This document shows, in pieces, positions 1-11,857 of a DNA stretch of 64,000 nt (position 1 is its first letter; every line of letters starts with the position of its first letter). This DNA is from Mobula hypostoma (Eukaryota): assembly GCF_963921235.1 (NCBI RefSeq), contig NC_086097.1:46626001-46690000 (forward strand). The letters run 5' to 3'. The notes under the pieces were generated by a model. That model worked only from the letters and a program-made list of their open reading frames with translations, did no database searches and was not told the origin of the DNA. The translations under genes and the position numbers were made by a program.

Positions 1-351
1 CCTGCTGCAAGGTACAATTAACCCTGTTTTTCCTCCCTCTCATCGACGCTACCTAATTGGCTGAGCACGGTCTACGTTCTCCATTTGGTTTCTGGTTTCA
101 GCAACAACTCTGACCTGTATTTCAATTTTAACAAATCCTTTTCATTGTTCTTGCCCCCTCCCCCTTCCCACAAAACTCCCCTTATTAATCTAGCAACTAG
201 GCATTTCCAGAAGCACCAGAATCACATAGTCACCTTATCAGAGATATGCTTTGCCCTATCTACTTCAGCTAAGAGGCTACTTTTCACCAAGTATTCCTTG
301 AAAGGCAACACTTAAGCATTTTTCAAGCAATTTATGCATTACACTGTATAT

Positions 352-700
352 AAAAAGCTGGAGGAGTCAGCACATCAGACAGCATCTATAAACAATCGAT
401 GATTTGGAATAAGACCCTTTATCAGAACTGGGAGGGGGAAGAAGCCAGAATAAGAAGGTGGGGGTGGGGTGGGGGGGAGGAGAAGGTGGGGGTGGGAGGA
501 GAAGGAGTACCAGCTGGCAGACAATAGGCGAGGAGGAAGGTAGATGGGTGAGAGAGGGGGATGAAGTAAAAAGCTGGGAGGGGTTAGGTGCAAAAGGTAA
601 AGGGCTGAAAATTAATAAATCTAATAAAGAGGGCAGTAGACCATGGAAGAAAGGGAATGGTGTAGGAAATAACATACGCATGAACTATTGTTTTGCATAA
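352..700 (-). mobile_element. Degraded Penelope-like (PLE) pseudo-LTR/3' fragment
   Basis: Reverse complement reads ...gttctgataaagggtctt...atagatgctgtctgatgtgctgactcctccagc, a decayed version of the PLE end at 27531-27619, preceded by the same pyrimidine-rich tract. Confidence 0.6.
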
Positions 701-774
701 CTTAAAATAAAATGAATTCCTTCTCAATGAAGTTTGCAAGTAGCAATCGATATACAGAAATACCCTCAATAAAA

Positions 775-1745
775 TCCATCTTGGAGTACTGTATTGTGTG
801 CAATTTTGGTCACCTTACCTTTAAAAAGGTATACATAGGATTTACCGTGCAGTGAATGAAGTAAAGATTTAGATGCTGATTCTTAAGATGTCAGATTGAT
901 CACGTGAAGAGTGATTGGCCAGATTGATACTTTAGATTTTAGAAGACTGAAAGGTTTCCTCATTGAGATGTCTCAAATTTTTGGCTGGTTCGGTGAAGTA
1001 GGTATAAGGCTGATGTTTCCCCAGTCAAAAAGTCTGGTACAAAAGGGTACAGTCTCAAAGTAGGGAGTGGACATTCTTAGATTTAAATGAGGAAAGATTT
1101 CTACAGTTAAAGGGTGATGATGAATCATTGGAATTCTGTATCCATACGGACTGTCATTCTTAGTTATTGATTTCATTTGAAAGCAGAATATAGAACATGG
1201 AACGTAGAACAGTACAGCACAGATGGGCTGACCTTTTAATCTACACCAAGATTAATCTAATTTTTTCCTCCCTTATAGCCCTACATTATTCTTTCACTCA
1301 TGTGTCTATCTAAGGGTCTCTTACGTGGTGGGTCTACCACCACCCTTGGTAGTGCATTTAATTTCTGTGTGAAAAAACTACCTCCGATAACCCCTCCCCC
1401 TATACTTTCCTCCCATCACCTTAAAATGATGCCCTCTTGTATGAGTCATTACTACCCTGGGAGAAAAGCAATGGCTATCAATTCTTTCTTGTATCTTATT
1501 GTCTTGTACACATCTATCAGGTCACCTGTCACTCCTCCTTCATTCCAAAGAGAAAAGCCTTAGCTTGCTCTATAGTCCAGGCAAAATCCTGATAAATTTG
1601 TATGGCAATTGTGAATCAGGTTGAATCTAGTGACATGGAAATAGTTAAGGAAAATAATGTTGAACTGATGATTGGCCATGAATAGCAGAAAAGGCACAAG
1701 GGGCCAAATAGCCTACTTTTGTATTTATTCCTATGTTGTTCTAAT
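775..1745 (+). mobile_element. Old CR1 LINE 3' fragment, interrupted by a minus-strand CR1 3' end (about 1189-1600)
   Basis: catcttggagtactgt...ttttggtcacctta matches the CR1 RT C-terminal PHLEYC.QFWSP region; inner copy starts with the reverse tail atagaacatggaacgtagaac. Confidence 0.65.
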
Positions 1746-1849
1746 GTATTAAAAATGCACAAAGATCTGGAAGGTCAGGCAGATTCTGCAGAGAGAGAAA
1801 CAAGGTCACTGACTTTAAACAAATCATGAGGAAGGCAACAAATTTAATC

Positions 1850-2235
1850 TTGACATGTTCCACAACCACAGGGGTTTCACTCCCTGAATGTACAACTGGC
1901 CTGCAATTCCACTCAGAAGATCATGATGGTCACTTCCAATATCTGGGTAGCGGTCAGGACATTTTTGTTTTGTGATAATGTGCTTTTCTCTCAATCCTTT
2001 GCCACTTTTTGATCAGCCATGATAGCTCATGGGTATCTTTTCACACCAGAGTCTGAAACACTCACCAAGTGTGCCTGCAATAAGAGCCACGCTGCCATCT
2101 GCAAACTCACTGAGCAGTCACAATTCTCAAGCAATTGTTCTACAGTTTGGGCTGCTCAGACAGAACATTTATGACACGCTACAACAAATCCCCAGGTTCA
2201 TCCTGATCAGTCATGTGTGCATCCTGACCCTAGAA
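1850..2235 (+). pseudogene. PIF/Harbinger DDE transposase remnant (HARBI1-like family), frameshifted
   Basis: Manual translation across frameshifts: QGFHSLNVQLACNSTQKIMMVTS / YLGSGQDIFVL* / CNKSHAAICKLTEQ / LKQLFYSLGCSDR, matching Harbinger motifs KGFHSLNVQ.VC, YPGS.HD.FIL, YN..H...R..IE, LK.RFRCLD in order. Confidence 0.8.
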
Positions 2236-2464
2236 ATAATGTGAGCCCAAACCTCATCACTGCTGGGGAGTCACTGGCAATGTTCACTCCTTCGCAGTGT
2301 GGTTCCAAATTCTGCAATCCCTCATCCGATGTGTCTGGAAGGTGAGCCAATAGCCTTTTGATAGTTGGTGGGATCGCTCTTTTGCTGGAGACAGAGACAG
2401 AGCCTGTGTGGTCTATCGCTGTGCCCAAAGTCTCTCTTTCAATAATGCTGGTGAATGTTACCAA

Positions 2465-2766
2465 GGTTTGTACACATGGATTTTGGACTATGGACTATAG
2501 ACTTTTTTTCAGTCTATAGTTTTTATATTCTGTGCTTTCTCCATTATTTTTCTTTGTTTTTGTGCAGAACGATGGGGTTTGAGGTTGATGTTCTTGTGAT
2601 TTGTGCGGGTCTGGTGTGTTGATGGTCGTGTTGGTGGGTTTGCTGTTTCTCTCTGAACCGAATTCCATGGTTTTTCTTTGTTTTGTGGCTATCTGGAGAA
2701 GAAGAATCTCAGAGTTGTATACTGCGTACATATTTTGATAATAAATGAACCTTTGAACTTTTGAAT
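2465..2766 (+). mobile_element. Non-autonomous retroposon fragment with LINE-type 3' tail
   Basis: Ends tggctatctggagaagaagaatctcagagttgtat...gataataaatgaacctttgaacttttgaa; the same tail occurs reversed at about 40038-40120. Confidence 0.6.
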
Positions 2767-2907
2767 TTTCTCTCTGTTCAGAGCATCACAGTACCTGCTT
2801 GATCATAATCATCAAGTAAATGGTAAAATGAAAACATTACTGTAGAATGTATTTATAAATACTCCTATCAATAATCAAACAAACAGGAATCCAACGTCTT
2901 TCAGTGT

Positions 2908-3090
2908 GCAACACAACAAAATGCTGGAGGAACTCAGCAGGTCAGGCAGCATCTATGGAAAAAAATACAGTTGATATTTTGGGCTGAAGCCGACTGTACT
3001 TTTTTCCATAGTTGCTGCCTGGCCTGCTGAGTTCCTCCAGCATTTTGTGGTTGTTGCTCAGATTTCCAGCATCTGCAGATTTTCTCTTGT
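2908..3090. mobile_element. PLE-derived fold-back (palindromic) insertion
   Basis: 2908-2973 (gcaacacaacaaaatgctggaggaactcagcagg...tacagttg) is the near reverse complement of 2991-3057; plus arm continues into the PLE terminus gatttccagcatctgcagattttctc. Confidence 0.85.
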
Positions 3091-3099
3091 TTTTTCTTT

Positions 3100-5340
3100 G
3101 TGTCTGCCATCAATGCATTTCATTCACACGTTTCTTCTCACAAGTTGTCCCAGTCACTATAGCACTGATGGCAAAAGAATGTCCAATAGGATCCTAAACA
3201 GGCTCGCCCACTTTACCATGAACAATAGGCTGGGCTAACTGGCCAAGTGGCATGATGAAGGGGACTTTAGTATCACAGAATCACTCCCCTGGGTCAGAAA
3301 TTCTGCTGTCATTGAAAAATAGATTGCAAGTCATTGAAAAACAGATTGGAAGAATGCATTCTTGAAAGTTCCTAGAACTTTACTCTGGCAGTAACTGAGT
3401 TTCCACTGCAGTTCCTGGACATTGGGCACTGCTCCTCATGTTGCATTGGAATCTGAGACTGTTCAGAAGGAGTGTCTTGTGTTTGGTTCTCCAAATGTTG
3501 AAATTAAGCTGGCCACAATTTCTACACTGAGAAGGATGGGCTCTAGGACATGCTCTTTAAGACTGAGGTCCTTCTCCATGAATTTGCTTGCATTCTTTAT
3601 GGCAAGCAAGTCAACATACATTTCATCGTGCACATGAATTTCCTCAGGATGACCCATAAAATCCTTACTACTGCAGAACTCATGGGTAACTAACGGCCTC
3701 TGAGGAGCTGGTACAGTTTACATTTTCTCCTCACCTTGACTGAAGTCCTATAGATTCCCATGTCTAGATTCAGTCTCTAACCCAACATCTAGGCTCACAA
3801 AGGATTAGTCTTGAAGTGAAAGTGGCAGATTGATCATAAGACCATAAGACATAGGAGCAGAATTAGGCTATTCAGCCCATCAAGTCTGCTCCATCATTCC
3901 ATCACCATTCCCACTCAACCCCATACACCAGTCTTCTCACCATATCCTTCGATGCCCTGACCAATCAGGAAACAATCACCTTCTGCCTTAAATGTATGCA
4001 TGACTTGGCCTCCACCATAATCTGTGGCAGAGCATTCCACAGATTCACTACTCTCTGGCTAAAAAAATTCCTCCTTACCTCTGTTCTAAAAGGTTGGTCC
4101 TCAATTTTGAGGCTGTGCTCTCTAGTTCTGGATACCCCCACCATAGGAAACATTCTCTTCACATCCACACTGTCTAATCCTTTCAACATTCAGTAGGTTT
4201 CAATGAAATCTGTCCCCGCGGCCCCCCCCGCATTCTTCTAAATTCCAGTGAGTACAGGCCCAAAGCTGTGAAACGCTCCTCATATGTTAACCCCTTCATT
4301 CCTGGCATCATCTTCGTGAACCTCCTCTGGACTCTCTCCAATGACAACACATCCTTTCTGAGATGTGGGGCCCAAAACTGTAGACAATATTCCAAGAGTG
4401 GCCTGACTAGTGTCTTATAAAGGCTCCACATATTCTCCTTGCTTTTGTATTCTATCCTCCTTGAAATAAATGTCTACATTGCACTTGCCTTCTTTACCTC
4501 AGATTCAACCTGTAAATTAACCTTCTGGGAGTCTTGCATGAGGACTCTTAAGTCCCTCTGCACCACCAATGTTTGAATTTTCTCCCCGTTTAGTTAATAG
4601 TCTGCACTATGGTTACTTCCACCAAAATGCGTTATCATACATTACCCAACACCGTATTCCATTTGCCACTTTTTGCCTGTTCTTCCAATTTGTCTAAGGC
4701 CTGTTGCAATTACATTGCTTCCTCAGCACTACCTACCCCTCCACTAATCTTCATATCATCTGCAAACTTTGCCACAAAACCATTAATTCCTTTATCCAAA
4801 TCATTGACAAACAATGGGAAAAGTAGTATTCCCAATACTGACCCCTGAGGAACACCACTAGTCACTGGCAGCCAACCAGAAAAGGCCCCCTTTATTCCCA
4901 CTTGCTGCCTCCTGCCTGTCAGCCATTCCTCTATCCATGCCAGTATCTCTCCTGTAACACCATAGGATTTTATCTTGTTAAGCAGATCAACAGGTTGATT
5001 TCATCATGACTCCGTTGCATAGCTGACAGAGCCTGACCAGTGAAAATCCTTGACTACCTGAAAGAGAAAAACTTATGGAGGAGAGGGTTGAAGGAGGAAG
5101 TGCATTCTTACACTTTTTGTTGTCTGTAATCAACAGAGATTCTGTGATAAAATTCAAGTAAACGAAGAAGGCTAACCCTGAGATTCATCTCTCTGATCTG
5201 CTGCAGTCCATGGACTCTGTGAAGGCCACTTCTGCTAATAGCAATGTCCTCTTCCAGTTGTCACCAGTTACGTATAATTATTTCCAATACGGGACGGAAG
5301 TGTGTCAGAAAGCATCGTACAGCCAGTTTTGGTGCCATGG
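3100..5340 (-). pseudogene. Probable remnant of the Harbinger second gene (Myb/SANT-like DNA-binding partner), split by a CR1
   Basis: Convergent with the transposase remnant; minus-strand ATG near 5338, a pyrimidine-tract acceptor (tttttctctttcag) near 5058-5071, and peptide EHVLEPILLSVEIVASLIST that I recall resembling shark Harbinger partner proteins; heavily decayed. Confidence 0.45.
3837..4985 (-). mobile_element. 5'-truncated CR1 LINE (RT C-terminal half)
   Basis: SGVPQGSVLG, AKFADD, LVRPLLEYCLQFWAP motifs in ORFs 4710-4901 and 4183-4431; tail reads (ATAAGACC)n on plus; GATCA at 3832-3836 and 4985-4989 as TSD. Confidence 0.92.
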
Positions 5341-5409
5341 TTGATCAGTTGACAGTGTCTACAAACTGCGGAATGTGAGGCTTCGTGCGGCAATAAATTT
5401 GAGAGTGTG

Positions 5410-5640
5410 CAGTCAGAGTCAGATTTACTGCCTGTGAATTAAATGACATGAGATGTGTTGTTTTTTGGCAACAGTTCAGTACAAAACACATAGCATTACT
5501 ATAAACGATCAAAAATAAACAAATAATGCAAAAATGAATATCAAGGTGCTGACGATTAGAATTTGGTGATAGCTGGATGCAGAACGGTAATTAGTAATAC
5601 AGTTGGTGGAAGGTGATATTTGAAGATATTCACAGTCCTT
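5410..5640 (-). mobile_element. Decayed Rex1/Babar-type LINE 3' end
   Basis: agtcagagtcagattta = reverse of the (GATTCT)n-like tail seen at 46781-46794 and about 56106-56116. Confidence 0.5.
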
Positions 5641-6311
5641 GACCACATGACATCCCTGAATTGTTTTCTGCACTATACCCATGTCGCAGGGACTTGGCTC
5701 CTGCATTGACTTGCATGGCTATCTCCTCTCGGTGGCATTTTAGCTTCAGTCTGGAGGCATACCTCATGCTTAGAAGCGTGAAAGAACCTTTTTCTCATCT
5801 CCAGTGCTGCTGATAAATCCATGCAAATATTTTTCATTTATGATCAGTAACAGCTTCCAAGAATGATCGATGCTAGCAGCCCCAGCCACAAAGCACTATT
5901 GCTTTGAAGACAGCAAACTGTTTTTAGTAAGAACTATTAGAAGCGAGTTTCAAACAAAATTGATAAATGGTTTATTGGAACATTTATTATGCTACTGTTT
6001 AAAATGAAAAAGTCAATTAAAAGTGTTTGAGGATATTAATAGCAGTATTATCCAACAGCCAGGAAAATTAAAGTCCCAAAGCATGGCAGGTTATATGATT
6101 TTTTTTCAGCATTTTAAAGTTAGGCAAATAGTTCCATGCTTTGTTACAGAAACAGTAAGATCAATTTTTGAATCAATGTTGCAATGCCCCATTGTTACTA
6201 CCAGGGTTATCACTCTAATGGGAAGGGTGTGGTTGTTCCAGAGAAGGTGCAGAGGAGGCTCACCAGGATGTTTACTAGTATGGAGCCTTTCAGCCAGGAG
6301 AAAAGAGTAGA

Positions 6312-6420
6312 CAGTAGCCCTGAAAAAGGGTCTCAGCCCGAAACGTCGACTGTACTCTTTTCCATAGATGCTGCCTGGCCTGCTGATTTCCTCCAGCATT
6401 TTGTATGTGTTGCTTTGGAA
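6312..6420 (+). mobile_element. PLE terminal fragment with degenerate hammerhead motif
   Basis: agcc-CTGAAAA-agggtctcagccc-GAAA-CGTC-gact followed by atagatgctgcctggcctgctga; core G8 mutated. Confidence 0.8.
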
Positions 6421-6436
6421 AGATTGGATAGGTTAG

Positions 6437-7442
6437 TTTTCTATATTTAACAGCATTCAACTTCCCATCAATACTGATCAAATTTCCAGTCCCTGCTGCT
6501 GGAAAGCATGATGCTACCTCAACCATATTTTACAGTTGAGATGGCGTTACTTGGCTAATGCGCAATATTCGATTTATGCCATATCCTTGCCCATAAAGAC
6601 TTTGCAAAGCATCACTGAGAAGATATTGTAAAGTGTGGAAGAATGTTTTGTGATTGGTTGAGACCAAAGTGGAACTTTTTGGCCTGAACATTAAGTGGTA
6701 CGTGTGACATAAATCTATTACTGCACACAAGCCAAGTAATACCATCCCTTCTGTCAACTATACTGGAGGTAACATCATGCTATGGGGATGCCTTTCAGCA
6801 GCAGGGACTGGAAATCTGGTCATGATTGATGGGAAGATGAACGCTGCTAAATACAGAGAGATCCTGGATAAAAACCTGCTAGCCTCTGCCAGAAAGCTTA
6901 AATTAGAGAGGAAGTTTGTCTTTCAGCAGGACAATAACCCAAATCTCACTGCCAGAGCAACCATGGAATAGCTTCAAATGAAGAAAACTGATGTCCTTGA
7001 GTGGCCCAGTCAGAGTCCTGAAAACTCAATGGAACATCTCTGGCAAGACCTCAAGATTGCTGTCCACCACTGCTCCCAGCTAACTTGCACAGCTCGAACA
7101 ATTTTGCAAGGAGGAATGGGTCAATCTTGCTCCATCATGATGTGCAAAGCTAATAGAGGCTTATCCAAAAAGAGTCCTGGCGGTAATAGCTGTGAAAGGT
7201 GGTTCAACTATGTATTGGGCAAAGGGGGATGAATACTCTTGAACTGCTGATATTACAGTTTCTGAACTTTTAATTCTTCACGTTTTACAACTTCCCATTT
7301 TTTGAAGCGTCTCAGCACAAAACATCCACTGTACTTTCTTTTGCATAGATGTTGCTTGGCCTGCTGACCTCCTCCAGCATTTTGTGTGCATTGCTTAGGT
7401 GAACAAAGGGTTGGGGGCTGAATACTTTTTCAAGGCACTGTA
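6437..7442 (+). mobile_element. Tc1-family DNA transposon, right half: broken transposase plus IR/DR-type right TIR ending CACTG|TA
   Basis: ETKVELFG, MLWGC..AAGTG, FQQDN, VLEWPSQSP, MEHLW motifs with an in-frame TAG at 6969; repeat ggggg.tgaatact.tt at about 7224 and 7413; PLE fragment (about 7310-7397) inside the TIR. Confidence 0.9.
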
Positions 7443-7530
7443 ATGATGGAGGTGATACAAAGCAGACTGGCAGCCAAAAACCACTGATTTTTGTGTATAA
7501 AAATAGTAAATGCTACAGGAGCTTGAATTA

Positions 7531-7604
7531 TAGCACTGTGCAAATGTCTTGGGCACACATACACTGTATATAGCTAGGATGCCTAAGACTTTTGCACAGA
7601 ACTG
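7531..7604. mobile_element. 74-bp Tc1/mariner-type MITE
   Basis: TA|TAGCACTGTGCAAATGTCTTGGGCAC...ATGCCTAAGACTTTTGCACAGAACTG|TA; 26-bp TIRs matching at 20/26, flanking TA. Confidence 0.75.
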
Positions 7605-8187
7605 TATGTCTATTTAAATATTAAATTAATGAATAGGTTTTACTCATTTATTTTTTCTAAAGCAGAGGCACCTGCAATAGACATTTATCAGTAAGAAGAT
7701 AATAAAACTAATTGGCACATGATCACAGACAAGGATCTCCAGGCAAATACCCTCAACATTCACTTAATTAGAACAACAGATCTGCTATGTCAGAATCAAT
7801 GGGGAACCCAAGGCATCTGGGCGAGGAGCCTTGATGACAGGGGAGGTTTGAGAATCATGACAAGCAGGAACAGAACCAGCAGGGAATCCAGGGAGGATCT
7901 GATGACTAGAGGCATTAAGGAGACTGTTTACCTTCTGTGGACTGTCACTCATTATTCTAAGAAAGTTCTAGAGTTAAAATTACTTTCTGTTTTAATACTC
8001 TTGTCCTCTGATGTCTGAAACACAATAAATGAATCAGGGAAGCAAAATGAAAGTTATTTTAAAATCAGCTCATTGAAAAAGATGGTTCCAGATGTGATTT
8101 TGAATTAGTAGTGACTCCAAAACATAAAATTAATTGAAAGAAAAACATGGATCCGAGAGAGGAGCACTTATGACGTGGTGGCATAAT

Positions 8188-11100
8188 AAGACCATAAGAC
8201 CATAAGATATAGGAGAAGAATTAGGCCATTTGGCCCATCAAGTCTGCTCCACCATTCTATCATGGATGATTGAATTTTCATTTCATCCTAACCGCCTGCC
8301 TTCTCCCCATGTTCTTTCATGCCTTGACCAACCAGGAATCCATCAACTTCTGCCTTAAATATACATAAAGACTTGAGCTCCACAGCTGCCTGTGGCAACG
8401 AATTCTACAGATTCACCACTCTCCGGCCAAAGAAGTTCCTTCGAATCTCCATTCAAAAAGGATGCCCCTCTATTTTGAGGCTGTGTTCTTCGGTCTTAGA
8501 CACTCCCATCATAAGAAACATCCTCTCCATATCCACTCTGTCAGGGCCTTTCACCATTAGGTCACCCCTCATTCTTCTGAATTCTAGTGAATGCAGGCCC
8601 AGAGCCATCAAACACTCTTCATATAACAAGCCATTCAATCCCAAAATCATTTTCGTGAACCCCCTTTGAACCCTCTCCAGTTTCAGCACATCCTTTCCAA
8701 GTTAAGAGTCCCAAATTTGCACACAATACTCTATGTAAGACCATAAGACCATAAGACATAGGAGCAGAATTAGGTCATCTGGCCCATTGAGTCTGTTCTG
8801 CCATTCAATCATGGCTGATCATTTTTGCTATTTCCTCCTCAACCCCAGTTCCCAGCCTTCTCTCCGTAACCTTTGATGCCATGTCCAATCAAAAACTATC
8901 AATCTCTGCCTTAAATACACCAAACAACCTGGCCTCCACAGCAACAACCTCCACAAATTCACACCCTTTGGCTAAATAAATTTCACAGCAACTCTGTTTT
9001 GAAAGAGCACCCCTCTGTCCTGAGGCTGTCCTAGACTCTCCCATCATGGGAAACGTCCTTTCCACATCTACTCTGTCTAGGCCTTTCAACATTCAAAAGG
9101 TTTCAATGAGATCCCTCCTCATCCTTCTGAATTCCTGCGAGTACAGGCCCAGAGCCATCAAACGTTCCTCGTATGATAACCCTTTCATTCCTGGAATCAT
9201 CCTTGTGAACCTCCTCTGAACGCTCTCCAATGTCAGCACATCTTTTCTTAGGTGAGGGGCCCAAAACTGTTCACAATACCTAAGGTGAGGCCTCACTAAG
9301 GCCTTATAAAGCTTCAGCATCACATCCTTGTTCTTGTATTCTAGACCTCTTGAAATGAATGCTAATGTGGCATTTGCCTTCTCCATCACTGACTCAACCT
9401 GCAATTTAACATTTAGGGTGTTCTGCACAAGGATTCCCAAGTCACTTTGCATCTCAGATTTTTGGATTTTGTCCCCATTTAGAAAATAGTCCGCACATTT
9501 ATTTCTACTACCAAAGTGCATGCTCATGCATTTTCCAACATTGTATTTCATTTGCCACTTTCTTGCCCATTCTTCTAATCTGTCTAACTCCTTCTGCATC
9601 CTACCTGTTTCCTCAATACTATCTGCCCCTCCACCAATCCTCGTATCATATGCAAACTTGGCAACAAAGCCATCTGTTCCATCATCTAAATTATTTATAC
9701 ACAGCATAAAAAGAAGTGGTCCCAACACCGACCCCTGTGTAACACCACTAGCAGCCAACCAGAAAAGGATCCTTTTATTCCCACTCGCTGCCTCCTACCA
9801 ATCAACCAATGTTCTAACCATGTTAGTAACTTTCCTGTCATGCCATGGACTCCTAATTTGGTAAGCACCTTGTCAAAGGCCTTCTGAAAGTCCACGTATA
9901 TGAGATCCCCTTTATCTATCGTACTTGTAATCTCCTCAAAGAATTCCAACAGGTTCATCAGGCGGGATTTTCCCTGAAGGAAACCGTGCTGACTTTGTCC
10001 TATCTTGTCCTGTGTCACCAAGTACACCATCATCTTTAGCAATTGACTCTAACATCCTTCCAACCAGGCTAACTGGTCTATATTTTCCTTTCTGCTGCCT
10101 TTCACCTTTCTTAAAGAATTGAGTAACATTTGCAATTTTCCAGTCATCTGGCACCATGCCAGAGTCCATTGATTTTTGAAAGATCATTTCTAATGCCACC
10201 GTAATCTCTAACACTACCTCTTTCAGAACCCTAGGGTGCAGTTCCTCTGGTCGAGGTGACTCATGTACCTTTAGGTCTTTCAGCTTTTTGAGCACCTTCT
10301 CTCTTGTAACAGTAATTGCACCCACTTCTCTTCCTTCACACACTACAACAACAGGCATACTGCTCGTTTCTTTCACAGTGAAGGCTGATGCAAAATATTC
10401 ATTTAGTTCATCAGCTGTCTCCTTGAACTCATTATTATTTCTCCCGCCTCATTTTCTAGAGGTCCTGTATTCACTCTCATTTCTCTTTCATTTTTAACAT
10501 ACTTGAAAAAACGTTTACTATCCATTTTGATATTATTTGCTTTCATATTGTATCTTTTCCCTTCTAATGATTTTTTAGTTGCTCCCTGTAGGTTTTTAAA
10601 AACTTCCCAATCCTCTATCTACCAACTAATTTTTGCTTTGTTGTATGCCCTTTCTTTTGCTTTTACAATAGCTTTGACTTTCCTTGTCTGCTAAGGCCTC
10701 ACCAGTCCTTTATAGAGTCTCAACATTACATCCTTGCTTTTGTGTTCTAGTCCTCTTGAAATGATTGCTAACATTGCATCTCCCTTCCTCACCACAGATA
10801 CAATTGGCAAATTAACCGTTAGGGAACCATGCACAAAGAATCCCAATTCCCCTTGTGCCTCAGTTTTTCTGTATTTTATCTCCATTTAGAAATGGTCAGT
10901 CCTTTCATTTCTTCTACCAAAGTACATGACCATACACTTCCGGACATGGTATTTCATCTGCCATTTCTTTGCCCATTCGCCTAATCAGTCTAAGTTCTTC
11001 TGTAGCCTTTCTACTTCCTCAAAATTACTTGCCCCTCCACCTATCTTCATATCATCTGGCTCTTTGGCTTTTATGTCAGCTTTGACTTCCCTTGTTAGAC

Positions 11101-11857
11101 ACAGTTAAGTCATCTTTCCTTAAGAATACTTCTTCCCCTTTGGGATGTATATATCTTGTGCCTTCCGAACTGCTTCCAGAAATTCCAGCCATTGCTGCTT
11201 TGCTGTCATCCCTGCCTGTGTTCTTTTCCAATCAATTCTGGCCAACTCTTCTCTCAAGCCTCTGTAATTCCTTTTGCTTCACTGAAATACTGATACATCT
11301 AACTTTAGCTTCTCCTTCTCAAATATCAGGGTGATTTCAATCATATTATGATCACTTGTCCTGCACAACACCCGTCCAAAATAATTGATCCCCTAGGGTG
11401 TTCAACCATGATCTGCACTAAAAAGCCATCTTTAGTAGTCCCCCAAGAAATTCCCCCTCCTGGAATCTAGCACCAAAGTGATATTCCCAATCTACCTGCA
11501 TATTGAAATTCCCTATGACTATTGTAACGTTGTCCTTTTGACAAGCATTTTCTATCTCCCATTTTAATCTTTATACCACACCCTTACTACAGTTTGGGGG
11601 TCTGTATACAACTCCCAACAGGGTCCTTTTACCCCTGCAGTCCCTTAGCTCTATCCACAATGATTCAACACCTTCTGACCCCATGTCACCTCTCTCTAAT
11701 GATCTGATTTCACTTTTTTCCAGCAGAGCAATGCTGCCCCCTCTGTCCTTTCGATACAATGTGTATCCTTGGACATTAAGCCCCCAGCTATAATCTTCTT
11801 TCAGTCATGATTCAGTGATGCCTACAACATCATACTCGCCAATCTGCAACTGTGCTG
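8188..11857 (-). mobile_element. CR1 LINE (outer copy; RT 3' part plus APE fragment after an internal deletion) inside the Gypsy C LTR
   Basis: (ATAAGACC)n tail at 8186; ORFs 8453-8689, 10691-10885, 11571-11759 (GVVYRPPN); TAAT at 8184-8187 and 11858-11861. Confidence 0.85.
8740..10691 (-). mobile_element. CR1 LINE (inner copy) nested in the outer CR1
   Basis: ORFs 9093-9758, 9695-10042, 9936-10376 (YRPVSL, DFQKAFDKV, QGSVLGP, AKFAYD); TAAG at 8736-8739 and 10692-10695; host CR1 resumes in register. Confidence 0.92.

Noticed and set aside
367..700. Pro-rich and Gly-rich ORFs (also 27046-27532)
   Set aside because: Translations of the purine/pyrimidine-skewed PLE pLTR tract; low complexity, no domain
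1850..2235. Functional host HARBI1 gene
   Set aside because: Multiple frameshifts and stops, N-terminus missing; treated as a transposon fossil, no symbol assigned
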